Part shown: piece by piece, positions 20,430-29,203 of the stretch
Layout: each line of letters starts with the position of its first letter
Numbering within the stretch: position 1 is the first letter of the stretch
Translations under genes and position numbers: made by a program
The notes under the pieces: model-generated
Told to the model about the DNA's origin: nothing
The model's database searches: none
Seen by the model: the letters and a program-made list of their open reading frames with translations, nothing else
NCBI GenBank assembly: GCA_026982355.1
Contig: JALSHG010000067.1
Span: 1 to 59,765, forward strand
Source of the DNA: Thermodesulfovibrio sp.
Lineage (GTDB): Bacteria > Nitrospirota > Thermodesulfovibrionia > UBA6902
DNA: 59,765 nt
Direction of reading: 5' to 3'

Positions 20430-20559
20430 CATTTCTACGGGTGATGCTAAACTATATACAGGCCCCGGGCTTTCAGCGGAATTCCGATATTACCGGGCAG
20501 TGAAAAGAGATGCCGGATTTGCAAAGGTGTTTTTTAAGCCTTAATATTGAAGATATCAG

Positions 20560-20883
20560 ATGGAAGCGAGGCGATATAAAAGGATAATCGTTACCCTGCA
20601 GGCCGAACTGATTGCCGGTGATTCACGGTATGCGTGTTTTATAGAGAATCTTTCGGAAGAAGGCGCGTATATTACAATCGCCAAGACCAACCCGCAGGCG
20701 GATTTTGATCCCGACACCCCGTTTGAGTTGAAGTTCCGGTTCCCCTCGGGGGAAAAGCTGAACCTGTCCTGCAGGGTGAAATGGTCATACCGTACCCCGC
20801 CCCATGGTTACACAAACAGCGTGGGGCTGGAGATCATGGACCCCCCTCCGTTGTATACAGAGGTTCTTAAAGCCCTTCAGTAA
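20560..20883 (+). CDS. PilZ domain protein
   Basis: 107 aa with 'RRYKR' (RxxxR) followed by 'ENLSEEG' (D/NxSxxG). Confidence 0.7.
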   Translation: MEARRYKRIIVTLQAELIAGDSRYACFIENLSEEGAYITIAKTNPQADFDPDTPFELKFRFPSGEKLNLSCRVKWSYRTPPHGYTNSVGLEIMDPPPLYTEVLKALQ

Positions 20884-21022
20884 TTGCCCGCCGGACGCCT
20901 TTTCCCCGGTTTCATCCCCCCCTGCAGAAGATTTCCACAGAGAACCTCCGATATATGATAAAATAAAAGGATACCGGTGAAGGCGAAGAATCCCGTTTTT
21001 TAATTATCCCCGGAAAAAGGAG

Positions 21023-21334
21023 GTGTCTGCTTTGGCTTTGGAGCAACATTACGATGAGAAAAGACTTTTCTGCCGTCTGACGGTTGATGCTGAACTGACG
21101 TATACGATAGCTGGTGAAAACGGAACATACAAGGGCCGGTGCAGGAATCTGAGCCATACCGGCATACAGTTCGTCACTGACCGGGCCCTGCCCGAGGGAA
21201 AGGCTATCGAAGTCGTCATTGACACGAAAAGCGTGAAATTCGATCCCATGAAGGCCGTGGTGGAGATTGTCCGCGTGGAGCCATCGGGAGACAGCCGGTA
21301 CAGGACCGCCGGAATAATAAAAAAATACAGATAG
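21023..21334 (+). CDS. PilZ domain protein
   Basis: 103 aa with 'EKRLFCR' and 'RNLSHTGIQF', a PilZ-like pattern. Confidence 0.6.
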   Translation: MSALALEQHYDEKRLFCRLTVDAELTYTIAGENGTYKGRCRNLSHTGIQFVTDRALPEGKAIEVVIDTKSVKFDPMKAVVEIVRVEPSGDSRYRTAGIIKKYR

Positions 21335-21373
21335 ATGTTCACGCGGGACGCTTACCGCGGCATGCCCGGACAT

Positions 21374-22087
21374 ATGAGAAGATTTTCAATCGGAGCAATC
21401 ACCGGTTTCCTTCTTCTGTTTCTTCTTTATACCGGAACCGCCGCCGCATGGCACACCCGGACCCATCTTGCCGTTGCAAAGGCCGCGGGATACAGGCAAT
21501 GGTACAATGCCGCAGCAGCGGATATCGCAAAAATCAAGGCAGGCTCCATCGAGTCCTATAACCATTTCTTCAACAATCCGGGCAATGTCACGGTCACACC
21601 GGAGATGGTCTTAAGCCAGGCCGGGAGATACAACATGCCGGCGGACACCGAGGGGCATCTCTACGGAGCAATTATCGCTTCTTTGAGGGAATACTCCGCC
21701 GCCCGTGAAAAGGGACGTTATGCGGAGTATCATCTCGCCTTCACGGCCCATTACATTACAGACCTGTCGCAGCCGCTTCATAATATCCCCTATGATGAAT
21801 TCAACAGGAAGAATCACCCGGCCAACGACGGAGTGGTCGACGGAGAGGTTTTAGAGAATATCGGCAGGATCAAGAGACACATGTACCCGGTGAAGCTCGG
21901 CCCAGCGCATTTTGAAAAAGACCTCGCGGCAGAGATTGCAAGGGTCGCCGACATATCACGGCGCCTCGGGCTTAAGCTTAAAAAGGAAGGCGGAATCATG
22001 ACGGAACAGGAGGCTTACATACAGTTGGGGCACAGCGCCTCGCTCCTGAGAGCGGTTCTGCAATATCATCCACGGAGGGTAAAATGA
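21374..22087 (+). CDS. Secreted zinc-dependent phospholipase C / S1-P1 nuclease superfamily-like protein
   Basis: Signal peptide 'MRRFSIGAITGFLLLFLLYTGTAAA', then 'WHTRTHLAVAKAA' (compare 'WGxxGH' at the mature N-terminus of P1 nuclease/PLC) and 'HYITDLSQPLH' (compare 'GDxHQPLH'). Confidence 0.5.
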   Translation: MRRFSIGAITGFLLLFLLYTGTAAAWHTRTHLAVAKAAGYRQWYNAAAADIAKIKAGSIESYNHFFNNPGNVTVTPEMVLSQAGRYNMPADTEGHLYGAIIASLREYSAAREKGRYAEYHLAFTAHYITDLSQPLHNIPYDEFNRKNHPANDGVVDGEVLENIGRIKRHMYPVKLGPAHFEKDLAAEIARVADISRRLGLKLKKEGGIMTEQEAYIQLGHSASLLRAVLQYHPRRVK

Positions 22088-22359
22088 GTGAAATCAGGAT
22101 TCAACGCAACCCGGATGAAGAAAGTCTGAAAAAGCAGGGCGTATTCGGCTGGCCTGTGTGGACAAAAGAGGTATCTGAATTCCCCTGGACATATGATGCC
22201 GAGGAGACCTGCTATTTCCTCGAGGGGGATGTGGTCGTCACGCCTGAAGGCGGCGAACCGGTCGAGATCGGCAAGGGGGACCTCGTGACATTTCCGGCGG
22301 GCATGTCCTGCACGTGGAAAATCCGCAGGGGCGTGAAAAAACACTACAGGTTCGGCTGA
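22084..22359 (+). CDS. Small cupin domain protein (DUF861-like)
   Basis: 91 aa with 'FPWTYDAEETCYFLEGDVVV...GDLVTFPAGMSCTW'. Overlaps the previous stop by 4 nt. Confidence 0.65.
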   Translation: MSEIRIQRNPDEESLKKQGVFGWPVWTKEVSEFPWTYDAEETCYFLEGDVVVTPEGGEPVEIGKGDLVTFPAGMSCTWKIRRGVKKHYRFG

Positions 22360-22881
22360 ATGCAGCGTGTGATCAGGATCGGCATAAGCTCCTGCCTTCT
22401 CGGACACCCGGTCCGCTATGACGGGGAGGACAGGCGGGAGGACGTCATCCTTGATGCGCTGGGAAAATACTTTCAGTTTGTGCCCGTCTGTCCGGAGGTG
22501 GAATACGGCCTCCCCGTGCCGAGGGAGCCGATGCGTCTCACGGGCGGCCCTGCCGCACCCCGCCTTGTTGCCATCAGTACCGGAGTTGATCACACGGATG
22601 GAATGCTGCAGTGGACGAGGGGGAAAATCAAATGCCTGTCGGGGGAGAATCTCTGCGGATTCATCTTCAAAAGCAGGTCACCGAGCTGTTCCGCCGCCGG
22701 CGTGGAGGTATATTCCCCTTCAGGCGGTCGTAACAAAAGGGCCGCGGGTATATTCAGCAGGGCGTTCATGCGGCACTTCCCGTCTGTCCCGATTGAGGAG
22801 GAGACAGGGCTTTACAGCGCCCGTGCAAGGGAAGGGTTCATCCGAAGGGTGATTGATTTCAGCGGGAAAAAACGCGGTTAA
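22360..22881 (+). CDS. DUF523 family protein (YbbK/TudS-like)
   Basis: 'IGISSCLLGHPVRYDG' N-terminal motif and 'CPEVEYGLPVPREP'. Abuts the cupin gene. Confidence 0.7.
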   Translation: MQRVIRIGISSCLLGHPVRYDGEDRREDVILDALGKYFQFVPVCPEVEYGLPVPREPMRLTGGPAAPRLVAISTGVDHTDGMLQWTRGKIKCLSGENLCGFIFKSRSPSCSAAGVEVYSPSGGRNKRAAGIFSRAFMRHFPSVPIEEETGLYSARAREGFIRRVIDFSGKKRG

Positions 22882-22885
22882 TACC

Positions 22886-22966
22886 GGTGTAAAAACACCG
22901 CCCGCGGGCAGGGGGGTCCGGAGGTTTTCCGGCGGACTTCCCTGCCTGTTCATGTAACACCAGGGT
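22886..22966. repeat. Palindromic intergenic repeat, near full length
   Basis: 'GGTGTAAAAACACCGCCCGCGGGCAGGGGGGTCCGGAGGTTTTCCGGCGGACTTCCCTGCCTGTTCATGTAACACCAGGGT'. Lies between DUF523 and the proB stop. Confidence 0.75.
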
Positions 22967-24060
22967 CAAATCACCACCAGATTGTCCCTGTGGATTACCT
23001 CGTCCGAATATTTATATCCTAATATCCTTTCTATCTCCGAGGTCTTTTTGCCCTTGATGAGATCAAGGTCGGCAGAGGAGTAGTTTGTCAGGCCCTTTGC
23101 TATTTTTCCGCCGTCTGTGCTCATGCACCTTATGTAATCACCGACTTCAAAGTTCCCCTCGACCCTCACGATGCCGGACGGCAGAAGGCTTTTGCCCATG
23201 GTTGTCAGCGCCTTTACCGCTCCGTCGTCAATATAAACAGCGCCCCTCGACCTCACGCCGTAGGCTATCCAGCCTTTTTTGGAGGACAGCCTATGCTGCC
23301 GGGGCCTGAAATACGTCCCTATCTCTTTCCCCTCCAGCAGCTTTGCAATGAGGCCGCTCTTCCTGCCGCTCATGATGACTACGGGAATCCCGTGATCAAC
23401 GGCCTGCCTTGCAGCAAGTATTTTGGAGTACATGCCGCCGGTGCCGACCGCGCTGCCCCTGCCCCCGGCGAGTCTCTCTATATCAGGGGTGATATTGTCC
23501 ACGGTTTTGATAATCCTGGCGCCTTTCTGCCGGGGGTCCTTTGTATAAAGCCCCTCGACATCCGACAGTATAATCAGCATGTCCGCCTCTACAAGCCCTG
23601 CGGCAAGCGCTGCCAGCATGTCATTGTCCCCGAATTTTATCTCATCGACGGCAACAGGGTCATTCTCGTTTATCAGTGGTATCACGCCGCAGCCCAGGAG
23701 GGTGAACAGGGTGTTCTTGGCATTGATATACCTGCGGCGGTTCGAGATATCGTCCCTTGTGAGGAGTATCTGCGCGACCTTCTTGTGAAAGCCGGCGAAG
23801 TGCTCCTCGTATGCCCACATCAGGCTTGACTGCCCGATTGCCGCGGCGGCCTGTTTGAGCCTTATATCCCTGGGCTTTTCCCTGAGGTCAAGTTTTTTGA
23901 GCCCTGCGGCGATTGCACCGGATGAGACGATCACAGCCTCGTATCCCCTGTCCAGGACCCCCGCAATGTCCCGCGTGACAGCCTTGAGTCTCCTTGTGTT
24001 AAGCCCCTGCTCAGCCGAGGCGATAATATTGCTCCCTATTTTTATTACCAGGCGTCTCAT
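22966..24060 (-). CDS. proB: Glutamate 5-kinase (with PUA domain)
   Basis: 'RLVIKIGSNII', 'VSSGAIAAG' and 'IGDNDMLAALAA'. Conserved obg-proB order. Confidence 0.92.
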   Translation of the reverse strand: MRRLVIKIGSNIIASAEQGLNTRRLKAVTRDIAGVLDRGYEAVIVSSGAIAAGLKKLDLREKPRDIRLKQAAAAIGQSSLMWAYEEHFAGFHKKVAQILLTRDDISNRRRYINAKNTLFTLLGCGVIPLINENDPVAVDEIKFGDNDMLAALAAGLVEADMLIILSDVEGLYTKDPRQKGARIIKTVDNITPDIERLAGGRGSAVGTGGMYSKILAARQAVDHGIPVVIMSGRKSGLIAKLLEGKEIGTYFRPRQHRLSSKKGWIAYGVRSRGAVYIDDGAVKALTTMGKSLLPSGIVRVEGNFEVGDYIRCMSTDGGKIAKGLTNYSSADLDLIKGKKTSEIERILGYKYSDEVIHRDNLVVI

Positions 24061-25079
24061 GCCGTCTGCTGCCTGCTCTTGTACTCCTCCACCTTTTCAC
24101 CAAGATATATTACCAGTTCTTTCAAACCCTCTCCGGTAACAGCGCATACCGGGAAAAAATCATAGTGTTTATCTTTACAATATCGTGCAAGACTGTCAAG
24201 TCTCCTGCCGTCGCCTTTTATGTCGAGCTTTGTAGCGGCCACTGCCCGGGGCTTTTTTATCAGCTCCGGGCTGTACAGCTCAAGCTCCCTGTTGACCTTT
24301 TCAAAGTTGCCGACCGGCTCTCCTTCAGCCATCTCCGATATGTCGACGAGATGCAGAAGGATGGAAGTCCTCTCAACATGGCGCAGGAACCGGAACCCCA
24401 GGCCCGTGCCCCTGTGCGCGCCTTCCGTCAGTCCGGGAATGTCGGCGATCACAAAGCTTTTGAAGTCGCCGTATTTGACGACTCCGAGGGCTGGCACAAG
24501 GGTGGTGAACGGGTAATCCGCAATCCTGGGTCTGGCGGAAGACAGTACGGAGATGAGCGTGGATTTCCCGGCATTCGGAAGGCCGATCAATCCCACATCA
24601 GCCAGAAGCTTAAGCTCCAGTATCAGTTTTTTTTCTTCCCCGGGCTCCCCGGGCTGGGCAAACCGCGGCGCCTGCCTCGTGGCGCTCTTGAAATGCGCAT
24701 TGCCCACGCCTCCCCTGCCTCCCCTTGCGGCAATGTACTCCTGGCCGTCTGTAGTAAGGTCGCACAGTACCTCGCCGGAGTCCGAATCCCTGATAAGTGT
24801 GCCCACCGGCACCGGGATAACGAGGTCTCCGCCGTTTCTGCCGTGCATATCCCTTCCCATGCCGGGCCGTCCCTTTTCAGCCCTGTACTGCCGCCGGTAT
24901 TTGATATCCAGAAGGGTGTTGATGTTTCCGCTTGCCCTGAAGATAATGTGTCCGCCCCTTCCGCCGTCGCCGCCGTCAGGGCCGCCCCTGGGGATGAACT
25001 TCTCCCTCCGGAAGCTGACACACCCCTTCCCGCCGTCACCGGCCTTTACATGTACCTCTGCGTGATCAATAAATTGCAT
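24057..25079 (-). CDS. obg: GTPase ObgE/CgtA
   Basis: 'MQFIDHAEVHVKAGDGGKGCVSFRREKF', glycine-rich Obg fold, and 'GLPNAGKST'. The 30-codon extension in the ORF track (up to 25169) is a translation of a palindromic repeat. Confidence 0.92.
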   Translation of the reverse strand: MQFIDHAEVHVKAGDGGKGCVSFRREKFIPRGGPDGGDGGRGGHIIFRASGNINTLLDIKYRRQYRAEKGRPGMGRDMHGRNGGDLVIPVPVGTLIRDSDSGEVLCDLTTDGQEYIAARGGRGGVGNAHFKSATRQAPRFAQPGEPGEEKKLILELKLLADVGLIGLPNAGKSTLISVLSSARPRIADYPFTTLVPALGVVKYGDFKSFVIADIPGLTEGAHRGTGLGFRFLRHVERTSILLHLVDISEMAEGEPVGNFEKVNRELELYSPELIKKPRAVAATKLDIKGDGRRLDSLARYCKDKHYDFFPVCAVTGEGLKELVIYLGEKVEEYKSRQQTA

Positions 25080-25081
25080 TG

Positions 25082-25176
25082 TTCTTACAATTGCATAAAA
25101 ACACCGCCCGCGGGCAGGGGAGTCAGGCGGAAAACCTCCCCCGGACTCCCCTGCCGGCTTGTGCAACATTAAGGTT
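25082..25176. repeat. Palindromic intergenic repeat, full length (best copy)
   Basis: 'TTCTTACAATTGCATAAAAACACCGCCCGCGGGCAGGGGAGTCAGGCGGAAAACCTCCCCCGGACTCCCCTGCCGGCTTGTGCAACATTAAGGTT'. Starts 3 nt upstream of the obg ATG. Confidence 0.85.
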
Positions 25177-25200
25177 AATGTTGCTTCGCGGCGGCTTTCA

Positions 25201-25226
25201 ACAAAAAAGGCGGGCTGAACCCGCCT
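25201..25226 (-). terminator. Rho-independent terminator downstream of rpmA
   Basis: On the minus strand, GGCGGG-TTCAG-CCCGCC is followed by TTTTTTGT (plus-strand 25203-25225). Confidence 0.6.
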
Positions 25227-25265
25227 CCTGACCTGCTGTACTCTCCAAAGGGATTTGTTTGTTTC

Positions 25266-25526
25266 TTATATTTCCGCAGGATAAACGCTTACCTGCTGCT
25301 TTGATTTGCCCTTGCGTTCGAATTTCACAATGCCGCTTATCCTGGCAAAGAGCGTGTCGTCACTGCCCCTGCCGACATTGAACCCCGGGTGGATCCTCGT
25401 GCCCCTCTGCCGGACGAGTATGTTGCCCGCCCTGACAACCTGGCTTCCGTACTTCTTCACCCCCAGGCGTTTCGACTCACTGTCGCGGCCGTTTCTTGTG
25501 CTGCCGACACCTTTTTTATGAGCCAT
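25266..25526 (-). CDS. rpmA: 50S ribosomal protein L27
   Basis: '[24 protein letters not shown]'. Confidence 0.95.
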   Translation of the reverse strand: MAHKKGVGSTRNGRDSESKRLGVKKYGSQVVRAGNILVRQRGTRIHPGFNVGRGSDDTLFARISGIVKFERKGKSKQQVSVYPAEI

Positions 25527-25546
25527 TTTTCATCCTCCAGCAGAAA

Positions 25547-25855
25547 TTATCCGGTTTTTATACCGGTTATCTTAACGGTTGTATACTGCTGCCTGTGCCC
25601 TCTCAGCTTCCGGTGGCCTTTCCTTGTCTTCTGCTTGAATACAAGCACCTTCCCGGCCTTGCCGGTTCCCAGGACATCGGCCGTTACCTCCGCCGACTCA
25701 AGAAAGGGACTGCCGTATGAAATATTGTCCCCGTCGGAGACCATCAGGACATTGCCGAAAGTCACGGACTTGCTTTCGTCAATCTTTTCTATCTTCAGGG
25801 TGTCTCCTTCGGAAACCCTGTATTGCTTGCCGCCTGTTTCTATTATCGCGTACAT
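25547..25855 (-). CDS. rplU: 50S ribosomal protein L21
   Basis: 'MYAIIETGGKQYRVSEGD'. Start set at the ATG at 25855. Confidence 0.93.
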   Translation of the reverse strand: MYAIIETGGKQYRVSEGDTLKIEKIDESKSVTFGNVLMVSDGDNISYGSPFLESAEVTADVLGTGKAGKVLVFKQKTRKGHRKLRGHRQQYTTVKITGIKTG

Positions 25856-25952
25856 GAAAAAGCCTCCAATCGCCAAGGTAGACTAATTTTTTAACATAAA
25901 TCCGCCGGTAAAGTCAATTTCGCTGAAAAATTTGTTCTGATATAATAGTGTC

Positions 25953-26630
25953 ATGAACAAGCTGATTCTTTTCGACATAGACGGCACCCTGATAAGCACG
26001 GGCGGGGCCGGCTCACGGGCCCTGGACAGGGCGTTTCACAAGCTCTTCGGCATAAGGGATGCGTTCAGGAACATCTCGATGGCCGGCAAGACGGACCCCG
26101 AGATTATGAGGGAAGGCCTCAGGGCGCACGGATTTTCCCGCGTGGACGGCAATCTTGAAAAGATGAAAGACATGTATCTCCATTTCCTCAGACAGGAGAT
26201 CGAAAATCCGCTCCGCCGGGTGAAGCCCGGCATCAGGGAAGCCCTTGCCCTCTTTGACCGGGAGGGGATGACCCTCGGCCTGCTCACGGGCAATCTCAGG
26301 GAGGGTGCCCGGATAAAACTTTCGCCCTTCGGTCTGGACAGTTTCTTTCTCGACGGCGCCTTCGGCAGTGACGATGAGGACAGGGACAGGCTCCTGCCCA
26401 TAGCTATCGACAAGTTTGCCGAAAGGGGCCTTGAGTTTTCCCCCCGGGACTGCATTATAGTCGGCGACACCCCGAGAGATGTGAGATGCGCCAAGGTTCA
26501 CGGTGCAAACTGCATTGCAGTGGCCACGGGTCCATATTCAAAAGAACATCTTCTGAACACGGACGCGGACATTGTGCTGGAGTCCTTCGAGGAGAGGGGG
26601 AAATACATGGACTTTATAATGCGGCGGTAA
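25953..26630 (+). CDS. HAD-superfamily hydrolase (phosphoglycolate phosphatase-like)
   Basis: 'LILFDIDGTL' motif I, 'LLTGN', and 'IVGDTPRDVRCA' motif IV. Confidence 0.75.
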   Translation: MNKLILFDIDGTLISTGGAGSRALDRAFHKLFGIRDAFRNISMAGKTDPEIMREGLRAHGFSRVDGNLEKMKDMYLHFLRQEIENPLRRVKPGIREALALFDREGMTLGLLTGNLREGARIKLSPFGLDSFFLDGAFGSDDEDRDRLLPIAIDKFAERGLEFSPRDCIIVGDTPRDVRCAKVHGANCIAVATGPYSKEHLLNTDADIVLESFEERGKYMDFIMRR

Positions 26631-26650
26631 AGGGGGCGGTTACAGCTCTT

Positions 26651-26706
26651 CACCTTGCAGAGGCATAAAAAACACCGCCTGCCGGTTTATGCAACATTAA
26701 AAGGTT
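26651..26706. repeat. Palindromic intergenic repeat, short form
   Basis: 'CACCTTGCAGAGGCATAAAAAACACCGCCTGCCGGTTTATGCAACATTAAAAGGTT'. Lies between the convergent HAD and kinase genes. Confidence 0.8.
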
Positions 26707-26707
26707 T

Positions 26708-28450
26708 CTACGCGTAATATATCTTCACGACCGTTCCCCTGCCGGCTTCGCTGTCTATTCTCATCTCCCAGCCGTGGGCCTTTACGAGGTGCTTGACGAT
26801 CGCAAGCCCCAGGCCGGTGCCGCCGAGTTCACGTGAGCGCGATGGGTCAACCCTGAAGAAACGCTCCCCGAGCCGCGGGATATACCTGCCCGGGATGCCG
26901 ATACCGGTGTCTTTCACAAAAATACAGCGCTTTCCCCCGTCCTCTTCTGCAGCGCCTATCTCGATCTCCCCCTTTTCGGTGAATTTCACGGCATTGTCCA
27001 CAAGGTTGATCAGCATCCGCTCAAGCATGTCCCTGTCCGCAAGGATTTCCTCATCGCCTGGTTCCAGGTGCTTTTTCAGTGCGATATCCTTCCGTGCAGC
27101 CTGCACCAGGAATGTAGCCATGACATTGTCGATAACACCGGAGAGATTTACCACGGTCTTTTCCATCTTGACCGCTCCGAGCTCTATGCTTGAGAGCGTC
27201 AATAAATCGTCCACCAGTCTGTCTAATCTTTCGCTGTGGGACTTGATCGTCCTGAGAAACTTTTCTGCATTCGCCCTGTCATACATGGCGCCGTCCAGCA
27301 GTGTCTCGGCAAAGCCCCTGATAGCCGTCACCGGTGTCTTCATCTCGTGGGAGACATTCGCCACAAAATCCTTGCGCATCTGTTCGAGTTTCTTCAGGTG
27401 GGTTGCGTCATGGAAAACCGCCACAACCCCGGCCGGTTCCCCGACATTGTAAAACAGGGGGGAGACGCGGACGAACAGGTGTCTCTCCTCGGGGGAATCA
27501 ATAACCACCCATGCCGAGACGGGCATGCGCTCCTGCCTGACCCTGTCCACGAGAGAGAGGAACTCCGGGTTGCGCACAATCTCAATCACGGGTCTCCCGT
27601 CAATGCCGGAGACACCGAATATCTCCCTTGCGACATTGTTTGAGAGTTCAACCGTGCCGTGCATATTGACCAGCAAGAGGGCGTCGGGAATGTTTTTGAG
27701 GATAGTGTTCAGACGGGCTGTTTCCTCATCCCTCTTTTCAAGGCTCTTCTGAAGCTCCGAGGCCATATTGTTGAGATCATGGGCAAGCTCGGTGAATTCC
27801 CCCGCACCCTCCAGGTAGAGTCTCTTTCTGAACAGGCCGTGAGACAGCGCCCCGGCGTAATCCGTTATGCGGCTGACGAGTTTCCGGATCCTCTCCGTCT
27901 GCCAGATCAGGAGGCTCCCGGAAGTCAGCAATATCAGTATTACGGCGAGATTGATCTTCAGCCTCAGAAGGTTGATCGATTTATTTATATCATTCAGTGG
28001 TACGGCCAGCCTGACAAACCCCGCAAGCCTTCCGTCCCGGATGACTTTTTCCGCCACGTAAAGGAGCTGGGACTGCAGCGTCCTGCTCCGGCGTATGGAC
28101 CACCCCGTCTGCGACATCAGCGCCTGCTGTATCTCCGGCCTGCCGGCATGATTGTCCATACGTGATGAATCATTATCCGAATCGCCGAGCACCTTTCCGC
28201 CGGCGTCGATCACCGTGACCCTTGCACCGGTTTCAGCCTTGATTTTCCTGCACAGGCCGTCAAGCTCACGCGTAGAGGTGAAGGGAATGCTTCTCGATAT
28301 GAGGGTTGCCTGTACGGAGAGATTTTTCCTTAAAGTTTCAAGGTGATTCGCACGGACAACGCCCGTGATATAAAACTCTGCAGAGAGGACGGAGATCAGG
28401 AGGATCACGGAATACACTACAAAAGTCCTTCTGAAAATCCGCCTCTTCAT
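26708..28450 (-). CDS. Sensor histidine kinase (periplasmic domain-HAMP-PAS-HisKA-HATPase; PhoR-like)
   Basis: Two TM segments, 'FVANVSHEMKTPVTAIRG' H-box, and 'DTGIGIP' plus 'GGTGLGLAIVK' G-boxes. Overlaps its response regulator by 4 nt. Confidence 0.85.
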   Translation of the reverse strand: MKRRIFRRTFVVYSVILLISVLSAEFYITGVVRANHLETLRKNLSVQATLISRSIPFTSTRELDGLCRKIKAETGARVTVIDAGGKVLGDSDNDSSRMDNHAGRPEIQQALMSQTGWSIRRSRTLQSQLLYVAEKVIRDGRLAGFVRLAVPLNDINKSINLLRLKINLAVILILLTSGSLLIWQTERIRKLVSRITDYAGALSHGLFRKRLYLEGAGEFTELAHDLNNMASELQKSLEKRDEETARLNTILKNIPDALLLVNMHGTVELSNNVAREIFGVSGIDGRPVIEIVRNPEFLSLVDRVRQERMPVSAWVVIDSPEERHLFVRVSPLFYNVGEPAGVVAVFHDATHLKKLEQMRKDFVANVSHEMKTPVTAIRGFAETLLDGAMYDRANAEKFLRTIKSHSERLDRLVDDLLTLSSIELGAVKMEKTVVNLSGVIDNVMATFLVQAARKDIALKKHLEPGDEEILADRDMLERMLINLVDNAVKFTEKGEIEIGAAEEDGGKRCIFVKDTGIGIPGRYIPRLGERFFRVDPSRSRELGGTGLGLAIVKHLVKAHGWEMRIDSEAGRGTVVKIYYA

Positions 28451-29142
28451 AAATCCCCGTCAACATAGTAGCCGATGCCCCGCCTTGTCCTGATATAAAA
28501 CGGACGGGATGAATCGTCCTCTATCTGCGCGCGCAGCCTCCTGATATGCACATCCACTGTCCGGGGCTCAACATACGCCTCGTCCTTCCACACGGCATCA
28601 AGCAGCATGTCCCTGCTGAAGACCCGGCCCTTGTTTCTGACGAGATACAGCAGGAGGTTGAACTCCGTCGCGCTCAGTTTTACCGGGGCGCCCCTTTTCC
28701 TGACCTGATATGTATCCGCATTGATCTCAAGGTCTGCGATCTTCACGATCCTCTCCCCCGCCGGTCTTTCCCGTGTCCTCCTGAGCACGGCCTTTACGCG
28801 GGCGACCAGTTCCCGGGTGCTGAAAGGCTTGGTGATGTAGTCATCAGCGCCCATTTCAAGGCCGAGCACCTTGTCGACTTCCTCGTTTTTTGCGGTCAGC
28901 ATGATGATCGGAACCGAAGAAGTCCCCCCGGAGGATTTGAGGATTCTGCATAACTCCATTCCCTGAATCCCCGGCAGCATCAGGTCGAGAACAACAAGGT
29001 CGAATACATCCCTCCTGAGAAGCTGCAGGGCGTCCTCCCCGTTTGAAGAACACTCGGTGACAAACCCCTCTTTCTTCAAATTGTAGGAAAGGAGTTCCAG
29101 GATGTCTTTCTCGTCGTCAATGATCAGGATTCTGGCCTTCAT
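28447..29142 (-). CDS. OmpR/PhoB-family response regulator
   Basis: Receiver 'ILIIDDE...DLVVLDLMLPG' and winged-helix 'LSATEFNLLLYL...RTVDVHIRRLR'. Confidence 0.9.
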   Translation of the reverse strand: MKARILIIDDEKDILELLSYNLKKEGFVTECSSNGEDALQLLRRDVFDLVVLDLMLPGIQGMELCRILKSSGGTSSVPIIMLTAKNEEVDKVLGLEMGADDYITKPFSTRELVARVKAVLRRTRERPAGERIVKIADLEINADTYQVRKRGAPVKLSATEFNLLLYLVRNKGRVFSRDMLLDAVWKDEAYVEPRTVDVHIRRLRAQIEDDSSRPFYIRTRRGIGYYVDGDL

Positions 29143-29203
29143 GGTTTCCGGTCACTTTTATTATACAGTATTGCTCCCCGGTACAATATGGCTGCCGGAG
29201 TAA

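Noticed and set aside
25080-25169. N-terminal 30-aa extension of Obg
   Set aside because: The sequence is the palindromic repeat itself, and Obg homologues start at 'M-x-F-(I/V)-D', which matches the ATG at 25079.
24165-25172. 335-aa ORF on the plus strand
   Set aside because: It is antisense to obg and runs into the palindromic repeat, with no recognisable domain.
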